A DNA stretch of 64,000 nucleotides from Segatella copri (GTDB taxonomy: Bacteria; Bacteroidota; Bacteroidia; Bacteroidales; Bacteroidaceae). How positions within the stretch are numbered: the stretch's first letter is position 1; every line of letters starts with the position of its first letter. The stretch lies in NCBI GenBank assembly GCA_021618535.1, contig JAJWAL010000001.1:5503-69502 (forward strand), in the 5' to 3' direction. This document shows, piece by piece, positions 10,438-22,600 of the stretch. The notes under the pieces are model-generated. The model saw only the letters and a program-made list of their open reading frames with translations. It was not told where the DNA came from and searched no databases. Position numbers and translations under genes: made by a program.

Positions 10438-11859
10438 ATGAAGAAAATGAAACAGAAATTAGTATATATGGTGTTGTTGCTGGGCATGGTTATGGGACTA
10501 GCCTCTTGCGATAACTATCTCAATATAGAACCAAAGGGCAAACGCATCCCTAAGTCGCTCGCCGACTATGAGGCTTTTCTCCGTTACGAGTATGGTACTC
10601 ATCGCATGCCGGTTTTGCAAACGTGCTATTTGCTTAATGATGAATATCTCACCAATTCGTATGCCAGTTATTATCCGATGTATAAGGCTAACTACAATTG
10701 GGAGGAGGAAACCGATCGTGCCTATTGGAACTCTGCAGATGAGAGTACTTATTATGTGGCTTATGGCACTATCAATACCTGCAATCTGATATTGGAAGAT
10801 GTGCCTAATACAACAGAAGGTACTGAGAAAGAAAAGGCTGAGGTGATGGCATATGCCAGAGTGTTGCGTGCGATGAACTATTTCAATCTCGCTAATTATT
10901 ATGCTGATACCTACGAGCCTTCAAATGCTGCCAGTAAGTTGAGTGTGCCTCTGATTACAAGCAGTCTTCAGAATGCTCCTTATCATCAGACCACCATTCA
11001 GGAAATCTATGAATTCATTTTGAATGATTTGAACACGTCGGTAGCTGATCTTCCAGATATGGGTACCACGCTCCTCCATCCGGGCAAGGGAGCTGCCTAT
11101 GCTATGTTGGCACGTACCTATCTTCAGATGATGAACTATGAAAAGGCGTTGGAGTTTGCTGATAAGGCTCTTGCCATTAATGATAAGTTGGTTGATTGGG
11201 TTGGATTCTATAATGATAATAAGGGTGTGATAGGCCAAGAGGGTGTTTATCCTTCTTTGAAAACGCCATTGGGATTTGATAGCCAGGACTGTTATAATTT
11301 CAATTATGCCGATAATAGTTCCAATTATGCATCTGCGATATTCAAGATACCGGTAAATCGTGCTGCTGGATTCGAAGAGGGAGATGCTTATTTCTTGAGC
11401 AATTGGAAACAAAGAACGATGGGTGCAGAAACTTATTATCAGGGGTTGACCAATGGCTATATCAATCTTGCTGGTATGAGAACCGTGGAGCAGTATCTTA
11501 TCAAGGCTGAATGCTTGGCTCGTAAGAATCAGTTGACAGATGCTATGGATGTGCTCAATGAGGTGCGTAAGACATATATCCTTCCAGAGAAATATCTGCC
11601 ACTATCGGCGTCCTCTGTGGCAGAAGCTATCCGGTATATACGTCAAGCTAAGGATAATCAACTTATCTTCTCTATCGTGCCGTTTGGCGATGCTCGTCGC
11701 TTAAATGCTGAAGTTACCTATGCCCGCACGCTGACAAAAGAGATAGATGGCAAGCAGATAAGTCTTGCTCCATCCTCTCATCTCTGGACCTTCCCATTCC
11801 CTAAGGGAGCCATTGATAATCCTGGCAACGGAAGTTTCGTACAGAATGTGGAGAAGTAA
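10438..11859 (+). CDS. SusD/RagB lipoprotein
   Basis: Lipobox LASC; ARVLRAMNYFNL, KGAAYAMLARTYL, YLIKAECLAR motifs; follows susC. Confidence 0.93.
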   Translation: MKKMKQKLVYMVLLLGMVMGLASCDNYLNIEPKGKRIPKSLADYEAFLRYEYGTHRMPVLQTCYLLNDEYLTNSYASYYPMYKANYNWEEETDRAYWNSADESTYYVAYGTINTCNLILEDVPNTTEGTEKEKAEVMAYARVLRAMNYFNLANYYADTYEPSNAASKLSVPLITSSLQNAPYHQTTIQEIYEFILNDLNTSVADLPDMGTTLLHPGKGAAYAMLARTYLQMMNYEKALEFADKALAINDKLVDWVGFYNDNKGVIGQEGVYPSLKTPLGFDSQDCYNFNYADNSSNYASAIFKIPVNRAAGFEEGDAYFLSNWKQRTMGAETYYQGLTNGYINLAGMRTVEQYLIKAECLARKNQLTDAMDVLNEVRKTYILPEKYLPLSASSVAEAIRYIRQAKDNQLIFSIVPFGDARRLNAEVTYARTLTKEIDGKQISLAPSSHLWTFPFPKGAIDNPGNGSFVQNVEK

Positions 11860-11897
11860 TGAACGTTAAAATAAATCTTTCTAGTAATTGTACAAAT

Positions 11898-13094
11898 ATG
11901 ATGTTTAAAAAAACAATTTTCTCATTGGCATTGGCGCTCATCTCTGTGATGAGTGCTCATGCTCAGAATGCAGACGAGTGTATCATTGATGCAATCTTGA
12001 ATGGTGTGCCTGATGGTACGGAAATGGAAGCTGTCCTGGCTGCTACTCATCGTAACGAGAAACCTCTCGCTAAAGGTGTGGTAAAGGGTGGAAAACTTAC
12101 TTTAACCATCCCTGTTACAGAGGCTCGTTTTATCGGTGTCGGTCCAAGAAACGGTGTTTTCACTTTTAGTCTGATGACCAAAGGTGGCGAAAAAGTACAG
12201 GTGTCTCTCGATGCCAAACCCATCAATGATGGGGTAACCACTGGTTTTAATACCAGCAATGTCAAGATTTCCGGCAGTGCTATGAACGATGAATATCAGA
12301 CAAAAATCGGTTCAGTGAGGGATATGCTTGATAAGATGTATAAGGATATAAACGATAAGCATAAAAAATTGATTGCAGAACAGAGCAAGGCTTACCAGGC
12401 AAAGGATAAAGCTAAGATGAAAGCTTTGGAAGATAGTGACGAGAGAAAAGAGATGGCTACCGAACAGAAGAATTTCTTTGACACGGTGGAGTCTTCTTAT
12501 GGAAAGTTGTATTCAGACAACAAGGATTCCTGGTGGGGACCTTTCGCCATGCTTTGTACCTTGAACTATTTCACCAAGGAAAACTCCAAGGAATGGAATT
12601 CGTTCTCAGAAACTGCTAAGAATAGCTTCTATGGAAAGTTGCTCAACGAGCAGATTAATCCAAAGGGACTTACAGGTGAGACTTTGCCTCAGTTCGAACT
12701 CCAGCAAGTTGATGGTTCTAAGGTGAGCATGGCTTCTTGTGTAAAGGGAAAGAAGTATTATCTGGTTGATTTCTGGGCTTCATGGTGTGGACCTTGCCGC
12801 AAGGAAATTCCTAACCTCAAAAAACTTTATGAACTGTATAAAGGAAAGGGACTGGAAATAGTAAGTGTTTCTATCGATAAGAATGAAACTGCTTGGAAGA
12901 AAGCGCTTGCTGAGGAGAAACTTTCTTGGCCTAACGGACTTGACCGTGCCGGTATAGCTGATTCTTATAAGGTAAAGTTCATTCCTGCCATCTTCCTGGT
13001 AGATGGTACTACAGGTAAGTGTATTGCTGAGAATATCCGTGGTACGGAATTGGCTGCAAAGTTGGCTGAACTATTCTCGAAAAAAGATATTTAG
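11898..13094 (+). CDS. TlpA-family thiol-disulfide oxidoreductase with N-terminal DUF4369-like region
   Basis: VDFWASWCGPCRKE; signal peptide from ATG 11898 (ORF opens 11859). Confidence 0.88.
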   Translation: MMFKKTIFSLALALISVMSAHAQNADECIIDAILNGVPDGTEMEAVLAATHRNEKPLAKGVVKGGKLTLTIPVTEARFIGVGPRNGVFTFSLMTKGGEKVQVSLDAKPINDGVTTGFNTSNVKISGSAMNDEYQTKIGSVRDMLDKMYKDINDKHKKLIAEQSKAYQAKDKAKMKALEDSDERKEMATEQKNFFDTVESSYGKLYSDNKDSWWGPFAMLCTLNYFTKENSKEWNSFSETAKNSFYGKLLNEQINPKGLTGETLPQFELQQVDGSKVSMASCVKGKKYYLVDFWASWCGPCRKEIPNLKKLYELYKGKGLEIVSVSIDKNETAWKKALAEEKLSWPNGLDRAGIADSYKVKFIPAIFLVDGTTGKCIAENIRGTELAAKLAELFSKKDI

Positions 13095-13131
13095 ACGAAA
13101 AGTTTGGCTAAAGTGCTCCATTTATATAAAG

Positions 13132-13178
13132 ATAAACCGTATTTTTTCGATAATATCGTGAAATACGGTTTATTTTTT
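13132..13178 (+). terminator. Intrinsic terminator ending the susCD-tlpA operon
   Basis: ATAAACCGTATTT...AAATACGGTTTAT then T-run. Confidence 0.7.
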
Positions 13179-13236
13179 GTATTTTTGTACCCGAAATAAT
13201 GGTAAGAACGTTATTTATATAAAAGCTATATAGATT

Positions 13237-14520
13237 ATGTTAGAGAAAAGTAAGCGTGAGCGCATCATTGCGCTCGTTAATAAAGAGGTGGTTCCTGCCA
13301 TCGGCTGTACCGAACCGATGGCTGTGGCACTATGTACAGCCAAGGCTGCTACTACATTGGGCAAGCGCCCTGAACGTATTGAAGTTCTTCTGAGTCCTAA
13401 TATGCTCAAGAATGCGATGGGTGTCGGCATTCCTGGCACGGGTATGATCGGCTTGCCTATCGCCGTATCGCTGGGTGCGCTCATCGGAAAGCCTGAATAT
13501 CAGCTGGAAGTGTTGAAAGATCTTACTCCCGACAGTCTGGAGCAGGGCAAACAATATATCAAGGATGCGGATATCAACATCAAACTGAAGCAGGGTGATG
13601 TGGATAAACTCTATATCGAAATCATCTGTCATGCCGGTGAAGACCGGGCTACGGCAATTATCTCCGGTTCACATACCCATTTTGTGTATGTTGAGCGTAA
13701 TGGCGAGGTGGTGCTAGATAAGCGTGGCGGTACTGTGGGCGATGAGGCTGATGACGACATCCAACTCAATTTCCCGATGGTTTACGAGTTTGCAACAACA
13801 GCTCCGCTCGATGAGATTTCTTTCATTCTCAAGACCAGAGACTATAATATGAAGGCTGCCGAGTTGAGTATCAAAGGCAACTATGGCCACTGTTTGGGCA
13901 AGACGATGGACCGTCCGTTGAGTCATGGTATCTTCGGCGATAATATTTTCTCGCATATCATCTCCCGCACCGCTTCAGCCTGTGATGCCCGTATGGGTGG
14001 TGCCATGATTCCGGTGATGAGTAACAGCGGCAGCGGCAACCAGGGTATCTGTGCAACGAATCCTGTGGTGGTTTATGCGCTGGAGAACGAGAATACCGAG
14101 GAGGAAATGATTCGTGCCCTGATGCTCAGTCATCTGACTGCCATCTATATCAAGCAGAGCTTAGGCAAGCTTTCAGCTCTTTGCGGTTGTGTGGTAGCCA
14201 GTACGGGCAGCAGTTGCGGCATTACCTATCTGATGGGTGGCGATTATACCCGCATCTGCAATTCTGTCAAGAATATGGTAGCCAATCTCACCGGTATGAT
14301 TTGTGACGGAGCGAAACCAAGTTGTGCCCTGAAGATTTCATCAGGTGTCAGCACCGCTCTTCTTTCCGCCCTCCTTTCTATGGAAGGCAAGTGTGTCACC
14401 TCTGCCGAGGGTATCGTAGATGATGATGTGGATAAGTGCATCCACAACCTCACTAGCATTGGTGCCGATGCGATGCGAGCTACCGATGAAATGGTGCTCG
14501 ATATCATGACGCATAAATAA
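13237..14520 (+). CDS. Serine dehydratase alpha-like / L-cysteine desulfidase family protein (UPF0597, YhaM-like)
   Basis: PAIGCTEP, SGSGNQG, LSALCGC, GMICDGAKPSCALK motifs. Confidence 0.85.
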   Translation: MLEKSKRERIIALVNKEVVPAIGCTEPMAVALCTAKAATTLGKRPERIEVLLSPNMLKNAMGVGIPGTGMIGLPIAVSLGALIGKPEYQLEVLKDLTPDSLEQGKQYIKDADINIKLKQGDVDKLYIEIICHAGEDRATAIISGSHTHFVYVERNGEVVLDKRGGTVGDEADDDIQLNFPMVYEFATTAPLDEISFILKTRDYNMKAAELSIKGNYGHCLGKTMDRPLSHGIFGDNIFSHIISRTASACDARMGGAMIPVMSNSGSGNQGICATNPVVVYALENENTEEEMIRALMLSHLTAIYIKQSLGKLSALCGCVVASTGSSCGITYLMGGDYTRICNSVKNMVANLTGMICDGAKPSCALKISSGVSTALLSALLSMEGKCVTSAEGIVDDDVDKCIHNLTSIGADAMRATDEMVLDIMTHK

Positions 14521-14540
14521 ATTGGAATATAGTATATTCA

Positions 14541-14578
14541 AAAGGCTCGCAAGAAATCGAAACTTCTTGCGAGCCTTT
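14541..14578. terminator. Bidirectional terminator between convergent genes
   Basis: AAAGGCTCGCAAGAA...TTCTTGCGAGCCTTT. Confidence 0.8.
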
Positions 14579-14656
14579 ATTATTTGCTAAACTATGAATC
14601 TGAACCTGTTAAACTCATCATAAAGTTCAATGTTCAAACCTCAAAGTTCAATGTCT

Positions 14657-15556
14657 TTATACGAGTGTTGCAACGATTTCCTCACGGGTTCCTGGCAGCA
14701 TGTCGATAACTGGAATCTCTGGCATGGTGTAGCAACCTGGCTGCAGACGGAATGAAGCACGAGCCACGTTAACCAATACCTGAGCGGTGAGGGCTGGGTT
14801 GTTGATGCTCATGTTGAACTCGAAACGCTGGTTCTGGGTCTTGCCTGATACACCCTTGCGAACGAGGTTCACACCATGACCCATATCCTTTACATCATCT
14901 ACAGATGCTACGGCAAATACGTGGGTCTCATCGTGAGCGAAGTATGGATCAGCCTTGATTTCGGCTGTTACATCCTCAAGCTTGGCACCTTCTTCCAACT
15001 CTACGTATACCATACGGCGGTGGATACCCTCACCCAATGGGATGGTTACAGAGAGCGCTTCCTTTACGCCCTTCTTGCTACGAACACAAACTGAGTGACC
15101 CATACTCATACCAGGACCGAAGTTGGTATATGTCAAACCCTTAGGAGCAAGGCTCTCCATCAGAACACGTACGATAGAATCAGAACCTGGGTCCCAACCA
15201 GCAGAGATAACGCTTACCTTGCCAGCCTTCTTGCAGTTCTCCATCTGCTTGGTACGGTAGTCGAGGATGCTGGTGTGGATATCGAAGCTGTCTACGGTGT
15301 TGATACCGAGGGCAACGATCTTCTCTGCATACTCAGGGCAAGAGCGGGTAGGGGTTGCGAGGATAGCAACATCTACATCCTTCAACTTGGTGATGTCATC
15401 TACTACTTCATAGTTTGCCAACTCAGCTGGTTTGTCCTTAGCACCCTGGCGACGTACAATACCTGCAATCTCAAAGTCAGGAGCTGCTTCGAGTGCCTCA
15501 ACAGTAAACTTACCGATGTTGCCGTATCCTACTACGGCTGCTCTAAATTTCTTCAT
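14657..15556 (-). CDS. ddh: meso-diaminopimelate D-dehydrogenase
   Basis: VVGYGNIG, NTVDSFDIH, GWDPG, FGPGMSMGHS motifs. Confidence 0.93.
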   Translation of the reverse strand: MKKFRAAVVGYGNIGKFTVEALEAAPDFEIAGIVRRQGAKDKPAELANYEVVDDITKLKDVDVAILATPTRSCPEYAEKIVALGINTVDSFDIHTSILDYRTKQMENCKKAGKVSVISAGWDPGSDSIVRVLMESLAPKGLTYTNFGPGMSMGHSVCVRSKKGVKEALSVTIPLGEGIHRRMVYVELEEGAKLEDVTAEIKADPYFAHDETHVFAVASVDDVKDMGHGVNLVRKGVSGKTQNQRFEFNMSINNPALTAQVLVNVARASFRLQPGCYTMPEIPVIDMLPGTREEIVATLV

Positions 15557-15856
15557 TGTCTTATTTCTTTTATTTTGTTGTTTTAATTTCTTTTATTTGT
15601 TGCGGTTTAGTCCTCCAACGGATATGTTTTCCGCTTTTTATTCTATTTCCGGTTGCAAAAGTATAGCTTTTTCTTGAAATACGTGACGTTTTAATAGAAT
15701 TTTAACTCATAAAAGTTGCAAAAAGTAGTAAAATCATAGTTTTTAGGTATGAATAAGCGGAGATTTGTAAGGTATCTGCTGCAAGAGCCTTACAGTTTCG
15801 TTATTTTGTTGCGAAACATCATACTTCCCCTTTCCGATACCTCCCGATGTGCTTTG

Positions 15857-15942
15857 AATTACGTCCTGACGTAGCTTTTGCTGCGTCCCGACGTCTCTGG
15901 CTCTGCGTCGGGACGTATGACATGCTACGTCGGGACGTAATT
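15857..15942. repeat. Four palindromic 14-bp units at 22-bp period forming one long inverted repeat
   Basis: TACGTCCTGACGTA / TGCGTCCCGACGTC / TGCGTCGGGACGTA / TACGTCGGGACGTA separated by 8-bp linkers, bounded by AATT. Confidence 0.85.
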
Positions 15943-16016
15943 TTATGGAACTCTATAACAATAATCCCGCCCTTCGCACGTTATTAATATATTAATTTAA
16001 TTAGGAGAAAAAGAAA

Positions 16017-16631
16017 ATGATAGAATATATTCATGGCGATCTGACAGAGTTGACACCTGCGCTGGCTATTGTTGAAACTGCGGGGGTGGGCTACGGACTC
16101 AATATATCGCTCAATACATATACTGCCATTCAGGGCAAACAGGAAGTGAAACTCTATGTTCACGAAGTGCTGGTGGCTGGTGGAAGAGATGACTCTTTCA
16201 CCCTTTTCGGCTTTGCTACCAAACAGGAACGTGAACTCTACCGCCTCCTCATTACCGTTTCAGGAGTAGGCGGAAATACAGCCCGTATGATTCTCTCTTC
16301 ACTCTCGCCACGCGAACTCTGCGAAATCATCTCTACTGGTAACGACAAGGTGCTGAAAACCGTGAAGGGTATCGGACTGAAGACAGCACAGCGAATCATC
16401 ATCGACCTGAAAGATAAAATCGTGAGCCTCGGCATTGCTGACGAACTGCCAGCCAGCGGAGGCAATGTGGTGATGGTAAACAATGACGTAAAGGATGAGG
16501 CGGTAAGCGCCCTCACCATGCTCGGCTTCTCGCCAGCACCATCTGCCAAGGTAGTAGTAGATATCCTCAAGGCACAGCCTGATCTCCCCGTAGAACAGGT
16601 TGTGAAACTGGCATTGAAGCAAATCAAATAA
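16017..16631 (+). CDS. ruvA: Holliday junction branch migration protein
   Basis: MIEYIHG, GVGYG, LFGF, HhH motifs VSGVG and [21 protein letters not shown]. Confidence 0.96.
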   Translation: MIEYIHGDLTELTPALAIVETAGVGYGLNISLNTYTAIQGKQEVKLYVHEVLVAGGRDDSFTLFGFATKQERELYRLLITVSGVGGNTARMILSSLSPRELCEIISTGNDKVLKTVKGIGLKTAQRIIIDLKDKIVSLGIADELPASGGNVVMVNNDVKDEAVSALTMLGFSPAPSAKVVVDILKAQPDLPVEQVVKLALKQIK

Positions 16632-16649
16632 GTTAGGAGTTTTTTATCG

Positions 16650-19600
16650 ATGAAACAGAAGCAAAGATTCATATCTTTTCTATTGGCTTGGCTGATGGTG
16701 GCAACCTTCGGCTATGCGATAGCTTTGCCTCAACTTCAGGACGATAAAAAGAAAACCCATACCAGCACAGCCCAGCCCGTGCAGCTCGATGAAGATACCA
16801 TTCCCGATTCATTGCTGCATACCCGCTGGCAGATTCAGCGCACCCAACCTTACTCCCTGAGCGACCTCTATCAGAGTCCGCTCGACCTGAAACGTCCTGA
16901 TAATCTGCAATATCAGGTAGTCTACAACGATACCCTAGACCGCTATATCATCGGCAACCGCATGGGCTCAACCTGGCTTTCGGCTCCTATCATGCTCACT
17001 CCGAAAGAGTATCTTGCATGGACCGAACAGCAGCAGCGCAACAGCTACTTCCGCAAGCAGAACGATGAAATCTTCCAGGCAAAAGGCAAGGAGAAGTTCG
17101 ATTTCTCAGATATGCACTTCGACTTGGGACCTGCCGAGAAAATCTTCGGTCCTGGTGGCATCAGAGTGAAGACTCAGGGTTCTGCCGAACTCAAGTTCGG
17201 TATCAACAAGAAAAACATCGACAATCCTTCGCTGCCTATCCGCAACCGAAAGACGACGATGATGGATTTTGATGAGAAAATCAATCTCAACGTCAACGGA
17301 AAGGTGGGCGATAAGGTGAACATGAACCTGAATTACAACACCGATGCCACCTTCGATTTCGATGCACAGAACATGAAACTGAAGTACGACGGCAAGGAAG
17401 ATGAAATCATCAAACTCGTTGAGGCGGGCAACGTCTCCTTCCCTTCCAACTCTTCGCTCATCAAAGGTGCCAGCAGTCTGTTTGGTGTTAGAACCGATAT
17501 GCAGTTTGGTAAACTCAAGCTGCAGATGGTAGCTTCGCAGAAGAAAAGTGCATCGAAGAGCGTATCTACCAGGGGCGGTGTGCAGCTCACCCCTTTTGAG
17601 TTGAATGTAGCCGATTATGAGGAGAACCGCCACTTCTTCCTCTCCCAGTATTTCAGAAACCATTATGATGCCTGGATGCAGAAACTTCCTAATCTCACCA
17701 CGGGCATCACCATCAACCGCGTGGAGGTGTGGGTTACCAACAAAACCGGCAATACCACCAATACCCGAAACATCGTAGCCCTGACCGACCTGGGCGAGAA
17801 CCAGAAACTGAGCAACCCGATGTGGGCAGCGAGCGGACAGGTGCCTTCTAACCAGGCGAATACTGAGTATGCTGCGATGAACAGCCAATATGCTGCTGCC
17901 CGTGACATCGACCAGGCTGCAACCACTCTCGATGGAGGCGGACTGGTTGGCGGAGCAGATTATGAGAAGCTGGAGAGTGCCCGTCTGCTCAATTCTTCTG
18001 AGTATACAGTCAATACCGCCTTGGGTTATATCTCATTGAAAACCAGTCTGCAGACCGACCAGGTACTTGCCGTAGCTTATGAGTATACATCGGGAGGCGT
18101 TACCTATCAGGTGGGTGAGTTTGCATCCGATCTCAGCGATACCAAACAGGCACTCTTCGTGAAATCGCTCAAGAATACCAGTAACAATCCGCGACAGGGC
18201 AACTGGGGGTTGATGATGAAGAACGTTTATTATCTGGCTTCTACCGTAGAGAAGGAGAAGTTCCGCCTGGATGTAAAATACCAGAGCGATACCACCGGCG
18301 TATATCTCAGTTATATCCCTGAACAGCAGGTGAAGGAGCAGCCAATCATCCGTGTGCTGGGCGCCGACCGTCTGGATAACAACAACAAGGCACACAGCAA
18401 TGGATATTTCGATTATGTAGAAGGCTATACCATCTCTAATGGACGCGTGTTCATTCCGAAGGTAGAGCCTTTCGGCAGTTATATGCGTGATTATCTGGTC
18501 AAGCGGGGCGTGGCTGCCGACAAGGCTGAAAAGTATGCCTTTACCGAACTCTATGACAGTACGAAGACCGTAGCCAAGCAGATAGCCGAAAAGAACAAGT
18601 ATCAGATTGTGGGACAGTTCAAGGGCTCTGCAGCCAATGTCATCTCGCTCGATGCCTACAATGTGCCACAGGGCTCGGTGGTCGTTACGGCAGGCGGTGT
18701 CACCCTGAAAGAGGGCACCGACTATTCGGTAGATTACAGTGCCGGTGAGGTGACCATCCTGAACCAGAGCATCATCGATGCCGGTACGGCTGTCAACGTT
18801 TCTCTGGAGAGTAATACCGATTTCGGACAAACCCGAAAAACGATGTTCGGACTGAACTGGGAGTATGATTTTACCAAGAACTTCCAGTTGAGCGGTACTA
18901 TCCAGCACCTCTCCGAACAGGCGCTTACCACCAAGGTATCCATGGGCTCCGAACCGCTGAAGAACACCCTTTGGGGCATCAATCTCAACTGGCGCAAGGA
19001 GAGTCAGTGGCTCACCAATGTGCTTGACAAGATACCATTCCTGCACCTCACCCAGCCATCGCAGATATCCTTTACAGGAGAATTTGCCCAGCTCATTGCC
19101 GGTGAGGCAGGCGGCACACAGGACAATGCATCTTATATCGATGACTTCGAGGGTACGAAGACTACCATCGATGTAACGACTCCTACCTCCTGGTTTATAT
19201 CCAGTGTGCCTTCGCTCAATTTCAAGGACGATTACAGCGACAAGACCGGTCTGAGCAGCGGTTTCCACCGTTCGCGCCTAGCCTGGTATACCATCGATCC
19301 GCTGTTCACCCGCCGTGGAAGTTCGCTCACTCCGGGACATATCAAGGGCGACCTCAAGCAGTTGAGTAACCATTATGTTCGCGAGGTCTATACCAAGGAG
19401 CTCTTCCCATTGCGCGACCAGAGCAGTTATCAGGGCGCTACCAATACCCTGAATGTACTCAATCTGGCTTACTATCCAAGCGAGCCGGGACCATACAACT
19501 TCAATGTAACAGATTTGCAGGCAGACGGAACCCTGCTGAATCCGCAGCGCAACTGGGGCGGAATGATGCGTAAGCTGGATACCAACGATTTCGAGCAGGC

Positions 19601-22600
19601 AAACATCGAATACATCGAGTTCTGGATGCTCGATCCGTTTATCTATTCCCGCGAAGAAGCTGATGCTGCCGATTACGGTGGCGATTTCTACATCAATCTG
19701 GGCGAGGTGAGCGAGGATATCCTGCGTGATGGCAAGAAATTCTATGAGAGTGGCATGCCGGTGGATGGCAGCAAGAGCTACACCTATACCCAGTGGGGTA
19801 AGATTCCTACCCAGAGCACCGTGACCTATGCCTTTGCTACCACCAGTGGCAGCAGAGCCTTGCAGGATGTGGGTTTCAACGGACTGACTGATGCCGAGGA
19901 GCAGGAATTCTACAAGAGTGCTTATCTCGACCAGATTCAGGGCAAGGTGAACCAGGCGGTGTTCGACAGTATCTTTGCCGATCCGGCACGTGATGACTAT
20001 CACTATTTCCGCGGTTCCGACTGGGATGAGATGCGTGCTCCAATCCTGCAGAGATATAAGTATATCAACAATCCTCAGGGCAACTCGCCTGACAGCGACA
20101 GCCGTTCTGAGAGCTATGATACTTCTTATAAGTCAACGCCGGATGTCGAGGATATCAACCAGGATTATACCCTCAACGAATATGAGAAATACTTCCAGTA
20201 TCGTGTCAGCATCCGTCCGGAAGATCTCGTGGTGGGTAACAATCATATTGTAGATAAGCGTGAATACAGCCAGACCTGGCGTGATAATACCAAGTCTACC
20301 GTTACCTGGTATCAGTTCCGCATACCTATCGATGAGTTTGAGAGCCGTCAGGGCAACATCAATGATTTCTCCAGCATCCGCTTCATGCGTATGTTCCTCA
20401 CCGGTTTCAAGAAACCTATCGTGCTGCGTTTCGGTACCTTTGACCTCGTGATGGGCAAGTGGCGTACCTATGATCAGCCGCTCGGCGCAGCCAGTGGCGG
20501 AACCCTTGACGCAAGCAGCGTGAGTCTGGAAGAGAACGGCGAGAAGACACCGGTCAACTATGTTTTGCCTCCGGGTATCAGGCGCGAACAGGATCCTAGT
20601 CAGCCTCAGTTGGTTGAGGCGAACGAGCAGGCGTTGAGTCTGGTGGTCAAGAACATGAGCACAGGCGAGGCGAAGGCGGTTTACAAGAATTCTACCCTTG
20701 ATCTGCGCCAGTACAAGCGCATCCAGATGTTTGCCCATGCCAATGCCCTGGAGCAGAATACCACCCGTCTGCAGGATGGTGATCTCTCAGTCTTCATCCG
20801 TCTGGGTAGCGATTACAAGAATAATTACTACGAGTATGAAATCCCGCTGAAGCTCACCGAGCCACGCTCCAACTACAACCGCTATGTGCTTGCCGACTGT
20901 AAGGCGGTATGGCCTGAGGAGAATATGCTCGATGTGCCGCTGAGCGTCTTTACGGCATTGAAGAAAAACCGCAACAAGGCGAAGGCACAGGGTGTGGCTT
21001 CTTATCTCGCTCCTTATTCCATGATGGATGCAGAACATCCGCAGAACAAGATTACCATCGTGGGTAATCCGAGTCTCGGCGAGGTGAAGACCATGATGCT
21101 GGGTGTGAGAAACAATTCTGCCGACATCAAGAGCGGTGAGGTATGGATAAACGAACTCCGACTCAAGGAACATAATAATTCGGGTGGTTGGGCTGCCAAT
21201 GCCAACCTCAACGTACAACTCTCCGATCTGGGTAGCGTGAATGCCACCGGCAGATACATCAGCGAGGGATTCGGCGGTCTGGAAGATGGCGTGGCAAGTC
21301 GCACTACCGATAATTACGGTACCTACAGTGTGACCACATCGCTCGAAATGGGTAAGTTCTTCCCTGACAAGGCGAAGGTGAGCATACCTTTATATTATAG
21401 TGTTACCAAGGAGAAGACCACTCCTAAGTATAATCCGCTGGATACCGATATGGAGTTGAAGGATGCCCTCGATGCCGCCGGCTCCAAGCATGAGCGCGAT
21501 TCTATCGAGAATATCGCTGCCACCAAGATTACGCAGACCAACTTCTCCATCTCGAATGCCCGGGTGGGTATCGCTACCAAGCGCCATCCGATGCCATACG
21601 ATCCAGCCAACTTCTCATTCACCTACAGTCATCAGCATCAGTATACTACGGGTGAAACGACGATGTATGAGCGCAAGGACAACTGGCGCGGAGCCCTGGA
21701 TTATTCGTGGAGCCCGGTTTATAAGGCATGGGAACCATTCAAGGGATTGAAGAACAAGAGCAAGTGGCTCGACATACTGAAACGTTTCGGACTGAACTGG
21801 CTGCCGCAGAACATAGCCTTCAATACCGAGATGACGCGCGACTACTACGAGTTGCAGGAGCGCGATATGGAAACCCTGATGAGTGGAGCTGCCGGAGTAG
21901 ACTCCAAGTTGCCGCTCACCTTCAGTGAACAGTTCCTCTGGAACCGTGAGTTCTCCATCAACTGGGATCTGACCAAGAACCTGCACATGAACTTCCAGAG
22001 TGCTACCCATGCACAGATAGAGGAACCATATACACCGGTCAACAAGGATCTTTATGCCGACCAGTATCATGCCTGGAAGGATTCCGTATGGACCAGCATC
22101 CGCCACTGGGGTGCACCGCTCGACTACAGTCAGAATTTCCAGGCATCCTACAAGGTGCCTCTCAATCTGCTGCCTGTCTTCGACTGGGTGAACAGCGATG
22201 CCTCTTACAATGCCAACTATTCTTGGGAGCGCGGTACAGAGGATGAGGAGGGCAACTCGTATGGAAACACCATCAATACCCAGCGCGAACTGACATTGAA
22301 CGGTAACTTTAACTTGGTGAAACTCTACAACCATGTGCCTTTCCTGAAGAAGGTAAACGATAAGTTTGACCGTACCCAGAGTAGGGCACAGATGCAGCGC
22401 AAGAAGCAGGAAAAAAAGAAAAAGAAGCAGGAAGCAAAGGAACAGGCGGCTGATCCGAAGAAGGCGTTGCCTAAGAACAAGCGTGCCTTCGAACGGGAAA
22501 TCACTCTCCTGCCTGATACCACATTCAAGATACGCCACGGCAAGAATACCAAGCGACTGATTGTGAATGCCAAGACGGAAGACGGCAAGGTGTTCCCGCT

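Noticed and set aside
15560..15660. Lysine riboswitch upstream of ddh
   Set aside because: Leader is about 95 nt, too short, and I see no L-box features; only a weak GCGG/CCGC stem
22405..22445. A-rich tract in sprA as a phase-variation site
   Set aside because: Longest run is about 7 A, encodes a Lys-rich linker, frame intact
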